64,000 nucleotides of DNA. Source: Tubiluchus corallicola. Taxonomy: Eukaryota > Animalia > Priapulida. Below the pieces are notes generated by a model. That model did not search any database. It saw only the letters and a program-made list of their open reading frames with translations, and was not told the DNA's origin. The stretch lies in the NCBI GenBank assembly GCA_030141605.1, contig JAQGDQ010000088.1, forward strand, positions 558,001 to 622,000. The letters run 5' to 3'. Both the position numbers and the translations under genes were made by a program. This document shows, one piece after another, positions 1 to 12,800 of the stretch (position 1 is its first letter; every line of letters starts with the position of its first letter).

Positions 1-2458
1 TGTACTGAAAGGTAGGCTGATGGCCAGGCACCATTTCGTTTGATGTTGATGCGATCAGCCAAAGCACTGGTTGTGCCCATAGCCCAGCAAGAACCGCAGT
101 CTAGAGACAAAATTATACATGAAAAAATGTGCGAAACAAAACAAGGTAAATTCAGGATACAAAATTGATTTTACTGTAATAAAAAAATTTATTATTATCT
201 GTTAGTCATTAAAAATTATCTATTGCAGTCATATATATATGTATATACAGTATTAGAATTGACATGTCTACAGGAAACTGAGCTACACTAGTCAACATAT
301 TTATATTACAGAATATCATTACATCAACATTATTCAGAAATATTAGTCAAAATAATTACATGTTGGAATGTGTTGATTTCTTGTGGTGCTTACGTAATTT
401 GTTCCATTAATATTTCGCCAATCCCAGGAAACTGGTAGTGCATTCATTTCCAAATATTGATGTGGCCTTGGTTTTGTTCTGCAGAACAAATAACACTTGT
501 ATATGAATTAAAATGCTAAAGCTTTGCTTTTTTTTAAAAAAGCAGCTGGGCATACACAACCCATACACACAAGTCATAAAATATCCAGATAACCTGCAAG
601 TAAATAGACAGTTTGTTTTTAGTGTGATTTAAAGAGTTACAGAGGCTTAAAACCACTCGTAAGTATAACTAACACAGCACAAAAAAGAAATGTACACGTA
701 ATTAACTGCACGGTTTTTGGAATTCTGGATATTCTTATTACAAAGGATAACACTTAACTTAGATAACTGGCCGCCCTGAACAATAACAACATATTGGAAT
801 TACCTATCCATACTTCTCTTCAGCAACTAATTAACTATAGAACATTTCTGATGGGGGCAAATTTGTTATTCATTCTGCTTGCAATATTGTAAATTTTGCA
901 ATTTGCATAAACCTATAGCTTCAAAAAACTGTTTCATATTATTGTAGACTAAAACACAATCTGTCACTGCACAGCAGTACTAATATAATTATATTATATT
1001 TATATTGTTCATGTGAGGGACGCCCACTTTGAATGAAAAATGAGATAAATTTTGGCTAACAGGCTAAGTAACTAAAATTAGACAATATTTCACTGACATG
1101 CATGTCAACTACAACTCTTTTATTGTGCATGCGTTGCAATACAGGTATTCCTACAATAACAATGCAATATCAACACCTAGCCGACTGGTTGTTTAAAGGA
1201 AAGTTACTTAGTCTGTTAGGTTTATTTTACAGTTATCACTTAAACGTAGAAAAAATATGATAAAGAAATTTGCAAAAAAACTGGTTATAAAGTATAAAGT
1301 TACTTTATGCTACCACTGCACAAAAATTTACAGCTTGAACATAATGATGTAACTGGTGGTCTTCGTGATTTTTTGTAAATACATTGTGGCTTTGCGTTAC
1401 GTGTGCACTGCTTAAACAAATTCAAACTTCTGAAACTCGTCTAATATTCGTGCAAAAATATCATAAAATTGGCTATCCAATTTTTTGCGAAAACTTATTA
1501 TACTTTTGATGGAAATGACAGTATGCTGGTTTTCTTCAGCCGATGAACGATGTCAATAGTGAAAAATGGACGTTTAAAATGGGACGGCTCAATCGTGAAA
1601 TGACTGCGACTTTAAAGTGATTTTACTAATTATACGAAGCGCTTATCACACTAATAAGCCTAACTTGCCAGAAGGTTTGGCCTTTTCTTTAAGCTTGCTT
1701 TTTTTGTAACTGTAATTACTATTACAAACAGTAAATAAACCAAAAAATTAAACAGGAGATTATTAACACTACTTTTTGCTTTTTGATGAATCTCATAGTC
1801 CAGAAAACAGTAGCACAATAACAACGAAACTCGGCTAGTTAGCTTCAACAAAGCATGAGAATAGGCTAATTAGCTTAACAAGCTAAACTTCAAACCTTAA
1901 AACTAAGCAACCAGGTACCTATTATATGCTCCTAGAATGACATACTTATCTGAAAAGTAAACACACACAAATCTGTAATTTGATTATGTACAGTACCTAA
2001 ACAGTTTAAGGCATATTCCCATAAATTAAATTGTGCAGTGCTGCAAAAAAATGAAGTTTTAAATAACAATTAATTATTAATTCCAAATTCGGGAAGTGCC
2101 TGAATGTAGTTAAAAACTACCTGATTTTTTTCAAACATTTCTAGCTCATGGATCATGCACATATTGACCAAATACCTTGTTAACACATATACATGTGGGC
2201 CATTTCATTACCTATGCAATGTATTTACCTAACTATGAAAAGCTAAAGCCATTAAAGTCTGGCAAATTTTCCATACCTCACCCCAGGTATGTCACGATCA
2301 AATTCTGGATCATAACATGGCTCCCTGGCAAACTGTTTTGCCATTGAAACATCTTTTAGAGTATTATCATCGTACACAAGCCTTGTACCATGTGACGAAT
2401 GAGCTGTGACACAGAATAGAAAAACTAGCAAAGCAAACAGCACCTTGCAGAAAATCAT
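1..2458 (-). CDS. CTSZ: Cathepsin Z (cathepsin X), papain-family C1A cysteine carboxypeptidase; 5' part only, gene continues off the left edge
   Basis: Exons 2277-2458 (signal peptide [21 protein letters not shown]... and short propeptide ...[16 protein letters not shown]), 360-478 ([39 protein letters not shown]) and 1-100 ([33 protein letters not shown]). GT-AG junctions are phase-consistent. The NQHIP mini-loop, CGSCW catalytic motif and propeptide Cys are diagnostic of cathepsin Z. Confidence 0.96.
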
Positions 2459-2718
2459 GGTAGCCTAATGAAGCCCAACTTATTTGTTTGAAAACTCGGC
2501 TTAGTTATTTTAAGTTATATAATTAGCTGGTTAGAACGGTCAGTACAAGTTCACGGCAATAAATGGTTTAAAACACTACTGCACATGTCGGGCTCGACGT
2601 TTCTAAACACCTTCCAGTAATGTTTTTTAGTAACAGCAACACTATTACAGTTATTAACGCGTAGTCAGCTAACGTGATACTAAACAAACTGCTAACTACT
2701 CGACATTTGACTCTGACA

Positions 2719-2726
2719 GTCACGTG
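2719..2726. promoter_or_regulatory. CLEAR/M-box-like E-box (GTCACGTG) upstream of cathepsin Z
   Basis: 8/10 match to the CLEAR consensus GTCACGTGAC, about 260 bp upstream of the ATG of a lysosomal protease, in a locally CpG-richer patch. Confidence 0.45.
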
Positions 2727-2859
2727 TTACTTTCGGCAGAAGAAAAAACCTTTAATTTAGTCCTCGCTTGCTAGGGCTTTGAGTTAAATTTAAACTATTT
2801 TTTTCACAGGTATTTAGGTCTTGTAGGGTAGATGTGCATTAGGTATTGATTATCATTAA

Positions 2860-3830
2860 GAAATGATTGTCATTATTTCTAGAGGTCAAGAGTGGTGTTC
2901 CACAGGAGTCTGTTTTCAGTCCACTACTCTTTGTAATTTTCATCAAAGATATTGAGGCATCTGTGCGCAGTAATTTGATCAAATTTGCCGATGACACAAA
3001 AAAAATAGAAAGGTATCATCTGAACATGAAACTAGTGAGTTGCAAAGTGATTTAGATGAGCTATGCAGGTGGAGTGTGGATTGGCAAATGACTTTTGATG
3101 TCGGTAAATGCAAGGTCATGCACTTAGGACAGAACAACCCTGGTAAAGAGTATTACATGAATGGAGTACAGTTGGCATCCGTCAGACAAGAAAATGATTT
3201 GGGTGTGACAGTAACTGATGACTTCAAATCTGCAAACCAATGTGCTGAGGTGGTGAAGAGTGGTAATCAAACATTAGAAATGATAAAGAGTCAGTTTGTA
3301 TCTAGAGACATCACAGCAATCATGAAATTGTACAAAAGCTAGGTAAGACCTAAATTAGAGTATTGTGTACAAGCATGGAATCCCCACTATAGAAAAGACA
3401 TTAAGCTTCTAGAGGGTGTGCAACGTATGGTGACCAGCATGATTGAAGGTATGGAGGAAATGTCATATCAAAAGAGGCTTAGAAAATGCTCACTAACAAC
3501 ATTAGAGTTGAGGAGCCATAGAGGAAATTTGATACAAACGTAAAAAATTATGCATGGGTTAGGTGGCATTGAAAGAGAAAAAACGTTTACACTGATAAGT
3601 GATGACAGAACCAGGGGCATTATTCTCTAAAAAATTTTAAATACAGAGCCAAATTGGAATGTAGAAAATATTTTTTCACGCAAAGAGTGGTTAGAGAGTG
3701 GAGTCAACTCCCATCTGAAATTGCAGAAGTTTCTTCAGTGAAAAATTTCAAGAACAACCTAGACAGATATTTAGATGCGAAATATGGGGTTACAATGAGC
3801 TTGCTCGATTAACCTTTACCACTCTTATAT
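2860..3830 (+). mobile_element. 5'-truncated CR1-like non-LTR retrotransposon (RT C-terminal half), decayed
   Basis: Translated motifs EVKSGVPQESVFSPLLFVIFIKDI, KFADDTK, LQSDLDELCRWSVDWQMTFDVGKCKVMHLG, VRPKLEYCVQAWNP, FFTQRVVREWSQLP. Frameshift near 3010 and in-frame stops at about 3340 and 3541. Confidence 0.92.
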
Positions 3831-4569
3831 TTTAAGAGTGGCAAACATGCTAGGTGTTTTTCAGAAATTGGGGTGAGGGAAAGAGTTAGGAGCCAAAATG
3901 TGAAAATTTGGGCGCACGACTTGGTCATTCAACTCCTCAATGACTATGCATGTATGAGTAGCCGGTAGGTGTAGATGTGCACTACATATTTTTCAAGCAG
4001 TGTGTGTGGCCAAGTCACGTTACATAGGTGAAAGTGTTAAAATGGGTTCATGTCAATAACTCGCAGCTACGTTACATTACTTTACAACATTTTATATTAT
4101 TACATTACACTTGCAAAACGTATTGCAGAATCTTCGGTTTTCTAGTTCAAATTAATGATAGATAGACAGATGAATGAACAGTGCCCTTCTGCGAATAATC
4201 ATACTAATTAACCACTATGCCAGCCAATATTTTAGTCATCCAAAGCTCTAATATTCTTGCAAAAGTTGTTAACCATGAATTTTGTGACTTGTGCGTACTG
4301 CAGTTCAATAATGATTATGTAGGCTTTAACACTGTCTGGCAATAATTTTTCATACAATACGTAAAAAATAATGATTAGAAAACTAGATATGTACATGTGT
4401 ATTGAGATACCAAGTAAAAAACCAGGGAAAAACTGGTAAATAAAGATGGTGTACAGTAAACATAAAAAACTAATAAATCCATCAACAGTGTTTTATTTTT
4501 TTCAACTTATAATCACAAACAATATGAAATGAGCCAATTATACTATTAAGCATTCACCAAGTTAGAAAG

Positions 4570-4668
4570 TATAGCTTACTACACTCTATGAAAGAAACTA
4601 ATTGTAAATTAGCAATTATAGCTTACTACACTCTAAGAAAGAAACTAATTATAAATTAGTAATTATAG
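4570..4668. repeat. Tandem duplication, 47-bp unit x about 2
   Basis: TATAGCTTACTACACTCTA(T/A)GAAAGAAACTAATT(G/A)TAAATTAG(C/T)AAT at 4570 and 4617. Confidence 0.85.
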
Positions 4669-6825
4669 TACTATGCGAAGACAAATATTTATTATCATTG
4701 TACCCACTGTGCAGCCTCGCCATAATTGTTATGATAAAAGTTTGGGCATGTATAGCTAAGAAAACTGCTAATAATTCACAATGAAGTAACTTAGTATTTT
4801 TTAATATGTATAAGCATAATAAGATTAATAATAATTATGCATAAAGTCATAAAATTGAAAAAACAAGTGTTATAGTAAAATTACAATTCATCACTGAGTA
4901 ACTATGGTGATGAGAAACTGAATAACATGTAAATGTAAAAATTTTCTCTTAGTAAATTATAAAGTTGTAATGTATTCAATAATGACAAAGAACAAAATGA
5001 AGTGTAATTTTACAGCTGAGTGATATGCACTAAATAAGAATACTGAGCAATGTTACAAGGTTTTCAAGACACATTTTCGTAAATACTTTGTAAAAAAATT
5101 GAAAAGTAACAAAATCACAACAACATAAAAGCAAATCACAGTTTAGTACCTTTGTAGGTGCTTGCTGTAAACCAAGTGGAATAATTCAAGTTTCCAGGCC
5201 AGGAATAAATGCATTGCTGCTAGCCAAATTAAAACCTGGTAATTCTGATTTTTATTGTAATCTTATTTTCTTATTCCAGTGACTAAGATTCTTTCATGCA
5301 GTAACAACAATAAAATGGTTAATTCACTTGTTACAGATTAAAATTACCAGTACATCACTATGCGATTTACTAATGTCACGAAAACGACAAATTTAGGATA
5401 ACAACAAGGATATATTAATAATTTCCTGAGATCTCAAGTTACTAACTGAGTATATAAAAAAGAAATAAAAATAAGCATTAATATAATAATAAATACACAC
5501 AATAGTGTAAAAATAAAAATAAAAAAAATACAATAATAATAAACATGCTGGAAAGGAAAAATCTTTTGAAATTTATCACCAGGCCAGTCCAATTTGGAAG
5601 GTCCCAAATCTTGATAAAATTATCTACAAAATTTAAATGTAGTGGTACTGGATGTGAAAGAATAAATGAAACAGGTGCAATAAATTATTAAATAAAGATG
5701 AATATATGCTTATAACAATGACTACTTATGTAAAAATTAGTAATGTAAAAACAAATACAGTGTATATTAGTTTTATTTGATAAAGTGTATATATTGCACT
5801 ATCAATATAAAATTAATAAACGTAAAACTAGGTGTAGTCATCTATTGTGACAAAACTAAAGTAATATCAAGTTTTTCTATGGTAAAATCTCAATCACTAG
5901 ATAAATAAGAAATTAGTTTTTTTTAATTTTTAGAAATTTTGTCTTAAAAAGAAAAGTGATCAGTCTGATCAGACTTTATAGAGAGTTTAATACCATAAGA
6001 ACTACATAATATAATATTAAATTAATATATAGTTAACATTATGTACGGACTGTGGTATGGAGCAGGGTGGAAAAAATACTGGGTGAGTTTCATTGTAAGT
6101 TTGACAAAGGTACGATAATTGTGAGAGTGAAAAAGATGAAAATGTAAATTACAAATAAGCAATTATTTTCAGTGAAATTGTTCTTAATTTTGCGAGATTT
6201 AGGTAATCACATATGGACTTATTGGTGCCAAATAAGGAAAATCAATGTTTATCATCAACAAATATTGGAAAAAGTAGCTGGCTGGTTCTAATTAATGGAA
6301 AATGCATACTAATTTACGTGTTTACCAAGTTTTGTGTAATTGTTTCAATTAAATTCAATTGGCAAACAAACCAGATTATAGAAAAAAATCACTTAAGAAT
6401 TGCTGCAAGTTATTTTGGCTTAATAAACTACATCAATAATTATCAATAACAATTCTGTAAAGCAAGAAGTTTGACATTATCTTGTTCAAGCATTTTCCAT
6501 TTACCAGATTCAAACAAACAACCGACCAACAAGAATAACCTGGCAAAACTCTCCACTTATTTAACTAAACTTTACAAAGATACAACATCATTCATGTATA
6601 CACAACACAAGATCTGTTGTAACAAAAGTAACAACTGTGCATATTAGTAAGCGCAATAATATATTATCACAGTTTTACACGAGATGATAACAAATAAGTT
6701 TCTTAGTTTATTGCACAAGTTGACTAGTATTTAATTTGGAATTTGGAATGTTCCATATTAATGCCTCATGTTAAGTGCTCCTCTACAAATTTAACATTCA
6801 ATAATGACAAACACAAGATTTTGCC

Positions 6826-9800
6826 CTACTCAGATTTCTTTTCTTTTATGATGCAACCATTCTGCAGTAACTGTTGTCTATCTTGAGATGCAACTCTTTC
6901 ACTTTTCTGCACAGGAAATATGATCAGTGATAACTTGACAATTGCTGCCATGAGTTTTCCTAGAAACAGAGTTTCTCAAATACTACTGTCTGTCATGTTT
7001 AAGCATGTACTATTGGTTAGAAAAAAAGTACACAACACGAAGGCCATAATCATGACACATTTCGCCAGAAGACAGCCAACTTCCACACAGTGCATAATAC
7101 AATGTCACAAAAAGATTTACCATATAATTCAATGATTTAACTGTGGATCGTGGATCTTTTGTCTTTGTATAAACTAATGAGTTGTGTTGCCATTAATTTA
7201 TGCCGATGTTCTATTGAGCAATGGACCACTATGGACATTAACACTGATAGACATTGCGAAAGCTGTGATATGAAATTCACCATGCCATTCTCTTTGAAGG
7301 CCGGTGGCCAGCAAAGACGAGAACATTACATTATGAGATAAATTTTCTTTCAAGACACAATTAGTTGAAGCTTACATACATACACAAATTTTTTGTTAAA
7401 CTTGTTTTAAAAAAGGAAAAGAAAATAATAATTTACATATAGTAATTAAATAGCAAGAAATATATTTGCAGGTTGTATATTAATCTGCTTGGTATACTGA
7501 AAAATGAGTATCCAAATAGTAACAGAAGCCTGTATTGCTATGTATATGTCCAAACACAACCTTGACAGTTTTCTGATTCAGTAGGAAGTAGAAAGTAGAA
7601 AGTCAGCTTTAACAATGAGCCAATATCTGGTTTTGCTACAAACATTGCATTGATTAGGCCCACCACGAATGCTGAATTTCCACTTGTAGTGTGCCAAAGT
7701 GTATAAAAAAGCAAGTGCACATGCTACCAAATTTTTACATACCATGTAAAGGTGTCATAAGTGCTTCATGCAAAATGGCCCATATTCTATACCATGGTCC
7801 ATAAAATGGATCGGAAATGGCAGGACAAATCATGTTATTCAGATTCACCTGAGTTAACTATAACAAAAAATTCTCATATATAGAGACTAATTAATTTAGT
7901 CACTTAAAATCTAGAAACAATTACAACTTTCGTAACTTCAGTTTTATATATTACAACATAAATCTGCAAAACAGATAAATGAACGAATTTACAGTAGTTC
8001 ATGCAGTAGCAATTACTGATGTTCAACATGTCTTTCACATTATGTAGGGTTTCCCCGACAACAACAACATAAAAAAACACAACATTATTCAATTTAATAT
8101 CATGTCCTTTATATTCAACTCCATCTAAAGTTTGAAGTATCACTAATGCAGCCACTTCGAAAATTTACTAAAAATGTAATGTCTACTACTTACATTTTGA
8201 AAAACATGAATGTAATTGTATTCAAATTACTGTTTTGTTCTACGTTTATTTAGTTTTATTTTTATGTTTATAAAAGTGTATCTTGTTTTAAATATCTGAA
8301 GACATTTTATAATTTTACTTGCTGCTTTAGATTAAAGATATATATTTGATTTGTATTGTAGCATGTCTTATACGTCTATGTTAGTTTTATGTCTAGTCTT
8401 TAGTGTCTAGTGCCTTAATTTTTTTCATAAACTGTATATCTAAATCATGTACTAACAATTGAAAACAACTATTTTATATTTAAGTTGAAATTAATATAAA
8501 ATTTTAAAAAAATAAGTAAAATAAATAAAAGGTGAAGCTTGCATATGGTTGTATATGGTAAAAGAATGAAAAAATAGTTCTTGTTACACAATACATACCA
8601 AACCAATGCCTTGCAGTATCACAAAGTGGTAAATGTACATAGTGCCCAAGGTAACAAGCAACCAACCATATTCTCCATATTCTTCAGGTGAGAAGATACC
8701 TGCAAAATAAAATATAGTGTAACTTGATATGTTACGTAAAAACACTTTTAACAAGTTCTTATGGTGGATAAACCTGTTTTGAGTGAGAATACTTTTAGCT
8801 AGCATTGTGGTTAATAAGAAAATAAATATGAGAACAAAAAAATCAAAACCTTGAATTTTGGCAAAATTTATATTGAATAACAAAATAACAAAATTAGGTA
8901 CCATACTTTATAAAATAGCGATATTTTTACCAAACTTATTTATTTAAGTGAAAAATATATTTATGCATCATATAGGACCATAAATAAAAGTACAGTGTGT
9001 GCCACTGGATTTACAAACCGAAGACACCTATTAAGTAGCGTTTTCTATTTTAATACAGTGTGTAATATTTATTTATCGCCAAGTCTCTCGAAACTCATTA
9101 ACTGTTTGTGAAAAGCTTTTTAAGAAAATTGCAATAACTTATTGGCAGTCGTATTATTAAAGTAACTCGTCTAATATAACTATTGTTTATCTGTGATACC
9201 ACACTTTTTATATGTGATAAACTGCTTGCCAAGTTAAAAAAAATGCAATACATGAAACTCTAGTATCAGCGATGATTCAGCATTCATTTATTTGAGTCAT
9301 TAATGTTCTCATGCACACAAGGGTTTATCAGTTAGAACCTGCGTTTTAGTTTAATCCGGTTACGCGTACATAAAAAGGCCTTTATATAGCATGCAGGTAA
9401 GTTCAAAAGCAAAACATATCCAGTATGGTCTTTTTAGTGGACATTTTTTCGAAGATGCGACTGATAGTTTGCTGAAAAATCGTGTGCAGTGTTTCCAACA
9501 CGCATCGCATTTCAGCAGATGATACAGAATTTCTGGTTCAGATTCGCCACCATCACCGTTGTCAATTTATAAAGTGAAGTTTGAATTTAATAAATGGCGG
9601 ATTTTACTAGGTTAATGTATTATACACTTCCGTTCCAGCAATAGCAGCCAGAGAAAGCAGCTGGATTTATTATCTATTGAATTATTAAGCAGACTCTACT
9701 GTAGTTTAACGGTCCTATGACACTATTTTTTTAAGTTATTTTCTTTTGAAGCGTAGGCGGAATTACATATTTCCTAATTTTTAAAACAGTTTTGATGCAT

Positions 9801-12800
9801 GCTTTTATGTGATATGGTAACTTAAATTAAGCACCATTGGTACTGTCCAAAATATTATCGCCGGCCATGACACTCAGTGCTGTGACGTCACATTAGGAAC
9901 CGGCAATTAACAGCCGCAGTACAGTAGACAACCAGTGGCCTCAGCAAGCAGAGCACTGTCCAGAACACTGAACAGAGCGGTTTTTGCTGAGTAATGATTT
10001 ATCTATTAATAAAAATGTTTCTTACTAAAGTATTTATCTTTTTATAGCAAACAAACTTATAAGAATCAGTTTTTATTTTACAAACCTGCAAGGAATAGCA
10101 AATTTATAGTGAGAAACACATGCAGAGCACTATGCAGTTACTGTACCATTATTTAAACTGTGTGTAGGCTGTATGAACAATAGGTGTGCCGAGTACTCCC
10201 GCAAATTAGATCAAGCTGCAAGTAAGCTGCTCGCCACTATTTCGGGTTAGATGCACGGTAAGTAAGGTAATAATTAACCTTTACGACTAAGTTTCATAAA
10301 AACTATATTTAGTCAAGGTTAGCAGTACTCCCGATCTTAATAACAACCTCTCTTTCTTCACATTTTGAAGTAGTTCTCCTGATTTTTTACATGTGGGCAG
10401 TACAAGTAGAATAAAGGTGCTCGAATGCATAAACTTATATGCGCGTCGATCAGCAATCAAACTGTAGACTATTTGAAGTGTTTCAATGTCAACCAGGCCG
10501 AAACACGCAAGATTATAAAAAAATAAAGCCACTTTTTTTCTATCAGGCTAGTCAGTAGTGAATTTTGACAGCGTCTACCAGGGTGTCAGTAGACCTTTAA
10601 TATCACTAGCAACAGTATAAACAATACTCAGTAGCAGTGGCAGTAAAAGTGGCCACAACAACAATTTTTGCAATCTTTTCAAAATACCTAGCTTACTTAC
10701 AACTCAAAATTACACATTTCTTTAAACACACTTACAAAAAATTCTCCATTACAGGAGGAATAGTACATACATACCCCCTTTTCTTGCTAAACAGACAGGA
10801 ATGACTAGCATGCATATATGCTGGATATAGTAGATCTCCATCTCCAATGGTAACTGAAAAAACATAATTAAACAAATATAATTATAAAAACAAACATGCA
10901 ATAAACAAATTTCTTGCACATCAAAACTTAAAAATCAAATTAAACAGTAGCACGGCAGGGACAGATCCAAGATTTTTAGAAAGGGGGTGCCGAAATGTCA
11001 AAGAATGGAATGTTTGGTATAGGACCAAAGGTACTCGCCTCGAGTACCGAAAGCGGGAGCCGGAGAGGGGGGAGGGCCTGGAAAATGTCGAACATTTGGA
11101 GTTTCCTGCAATATGAGTCCAAAATAAGCAGGGCCATAACATCATTCCTTCAATCTCGAGAAGTTTGCTAGTAAGACTGACTACTAAGAGCAAATCATCA
11201 AGTTGGATTTCTAGCTAATATTCATAGAACTTGATTGTCAAACTGCGACTTTGCTAGGGTGGTCCGGCCACCAACTTTTTATTTTCTTACTTTTTGGTTA
11301 AGAACTTCTCCGGACTTGACAAGAAAATGGCCATACACACTCGGTTACGTACAGAAGCAAACAACATGCTGAACTTATGGCAAAATATGCCGAGTTTTTT
11401 TACTCAATCTACTCAGTCAATGGATTTTTAAACAGTGTTTGCCTTAGATATTCTTCACACTTCACACATGAACATCATGGATGTATTCTGAAATAGAATA
11501 ATTTTGTCGTGGCAAAAATAGAAGGGGTATGCCCCCGCTTCAACCCCCTCCCTGGATTTGCTTTTGCACAGTACATTTTATGTTGTTCACAATATATTGT
11601 GAAACAATACAATACTGTCTTTAATACTAAAATAATATAATAATAATATAATATAATACCATATTGCACATTTCGTAATTTGTTAGACAAGAAAATTTTG
11701 GTACAGACGATTTTCAAGATGACATTTTGCCAAAAAAAATCAGTCGAGTAGCCTGCAAATTTGCTGGATATACAGATGTAGTCAATATGTATATAGGATT
11801 TTTTTAATAAAAATAAGTGCATTATACATCAGCACAGCTGTTTTTCAGTTATTGATTGTAGCTGAGGTTGTTCCAACATTTAATTTTCCAAAAGCTTTTC
11901 AGCCGTAACTTAAAAAGTACCAAGACTAATAATGTGTAACTTTCACAGCGAAACGTCAATATATTGTAATATCATGTTGTTAAATTTCAACTTTGTAGAA
12001 CATTTTTTCTATTGTTATTGTAGTCTAAACTTCGGCACATGTTTTCTAAGCCACCCGATAGAATTGGCCACCCTGTGCAACCCGAACACCATTCAGCCCT
12101 GGCTATGCCACTGTCTATAAGATAGACAGTAAGAAAAGTGACAGAGTAAGCTGTAGCACATATAAATATGTAGCTCATGTGATACAATATTATATATATG
12201 AAACTTGCCAATTACTAGGGTTCAACGTATTTACAGAAACAAAGACTAAAATGCCAATCCATATGTATAGACAGTACTAAGAGTAGACATATAAAGTTTC
12301 ACTCCATCTCAACTTCAGTTATGAACGTAAAACACAATTATAAAAGCATAAAAGTGCATTAAAAATCCTAGCTGAAATGATAATGGAAACAACAGAACAA
12401 CTCACAAATCTCGTATTCAGGACAGGAAACAACAAAGCAAGAGTGGCTCCATTTAGCATGTACCACTGCACTTGAAAGGCGACAATCACACTCCGACTAG
12501 GTGATGCTACTAGTACATATATCTGCAAGACAAATAGATAAATTTCTGTATCTCAGCAAATAATGCAGACGTCCACCTTATCAACAGAATACATGTACTG
12601 TGGGATCAAGATTATTTTTAGAAAAATGATGAAATGATCATCAGTGACTTTGACCTCACCTCTACAATAACTCCGGGTCAGGAACTTTCTCTTCGTGTTC
12701 ATCTGACATAATGTACTTACAAACATGTGTGACACATGAGCAAAAATACCTGTATTCTTTAGTGCAAATAAGTTTAACCTTGATTATGATGTGATTACAT

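Noticed and set aside
1056-1918. Inverted repeat (1056-1073 vs 1202-1219) and Harbinger/Kolobok-like ends in cathepsin Z intron 1
   Set aside because: Likely overlapping MITE remnants, but the termini and TSDs could not be paired consistently, so it is not called as a feature.
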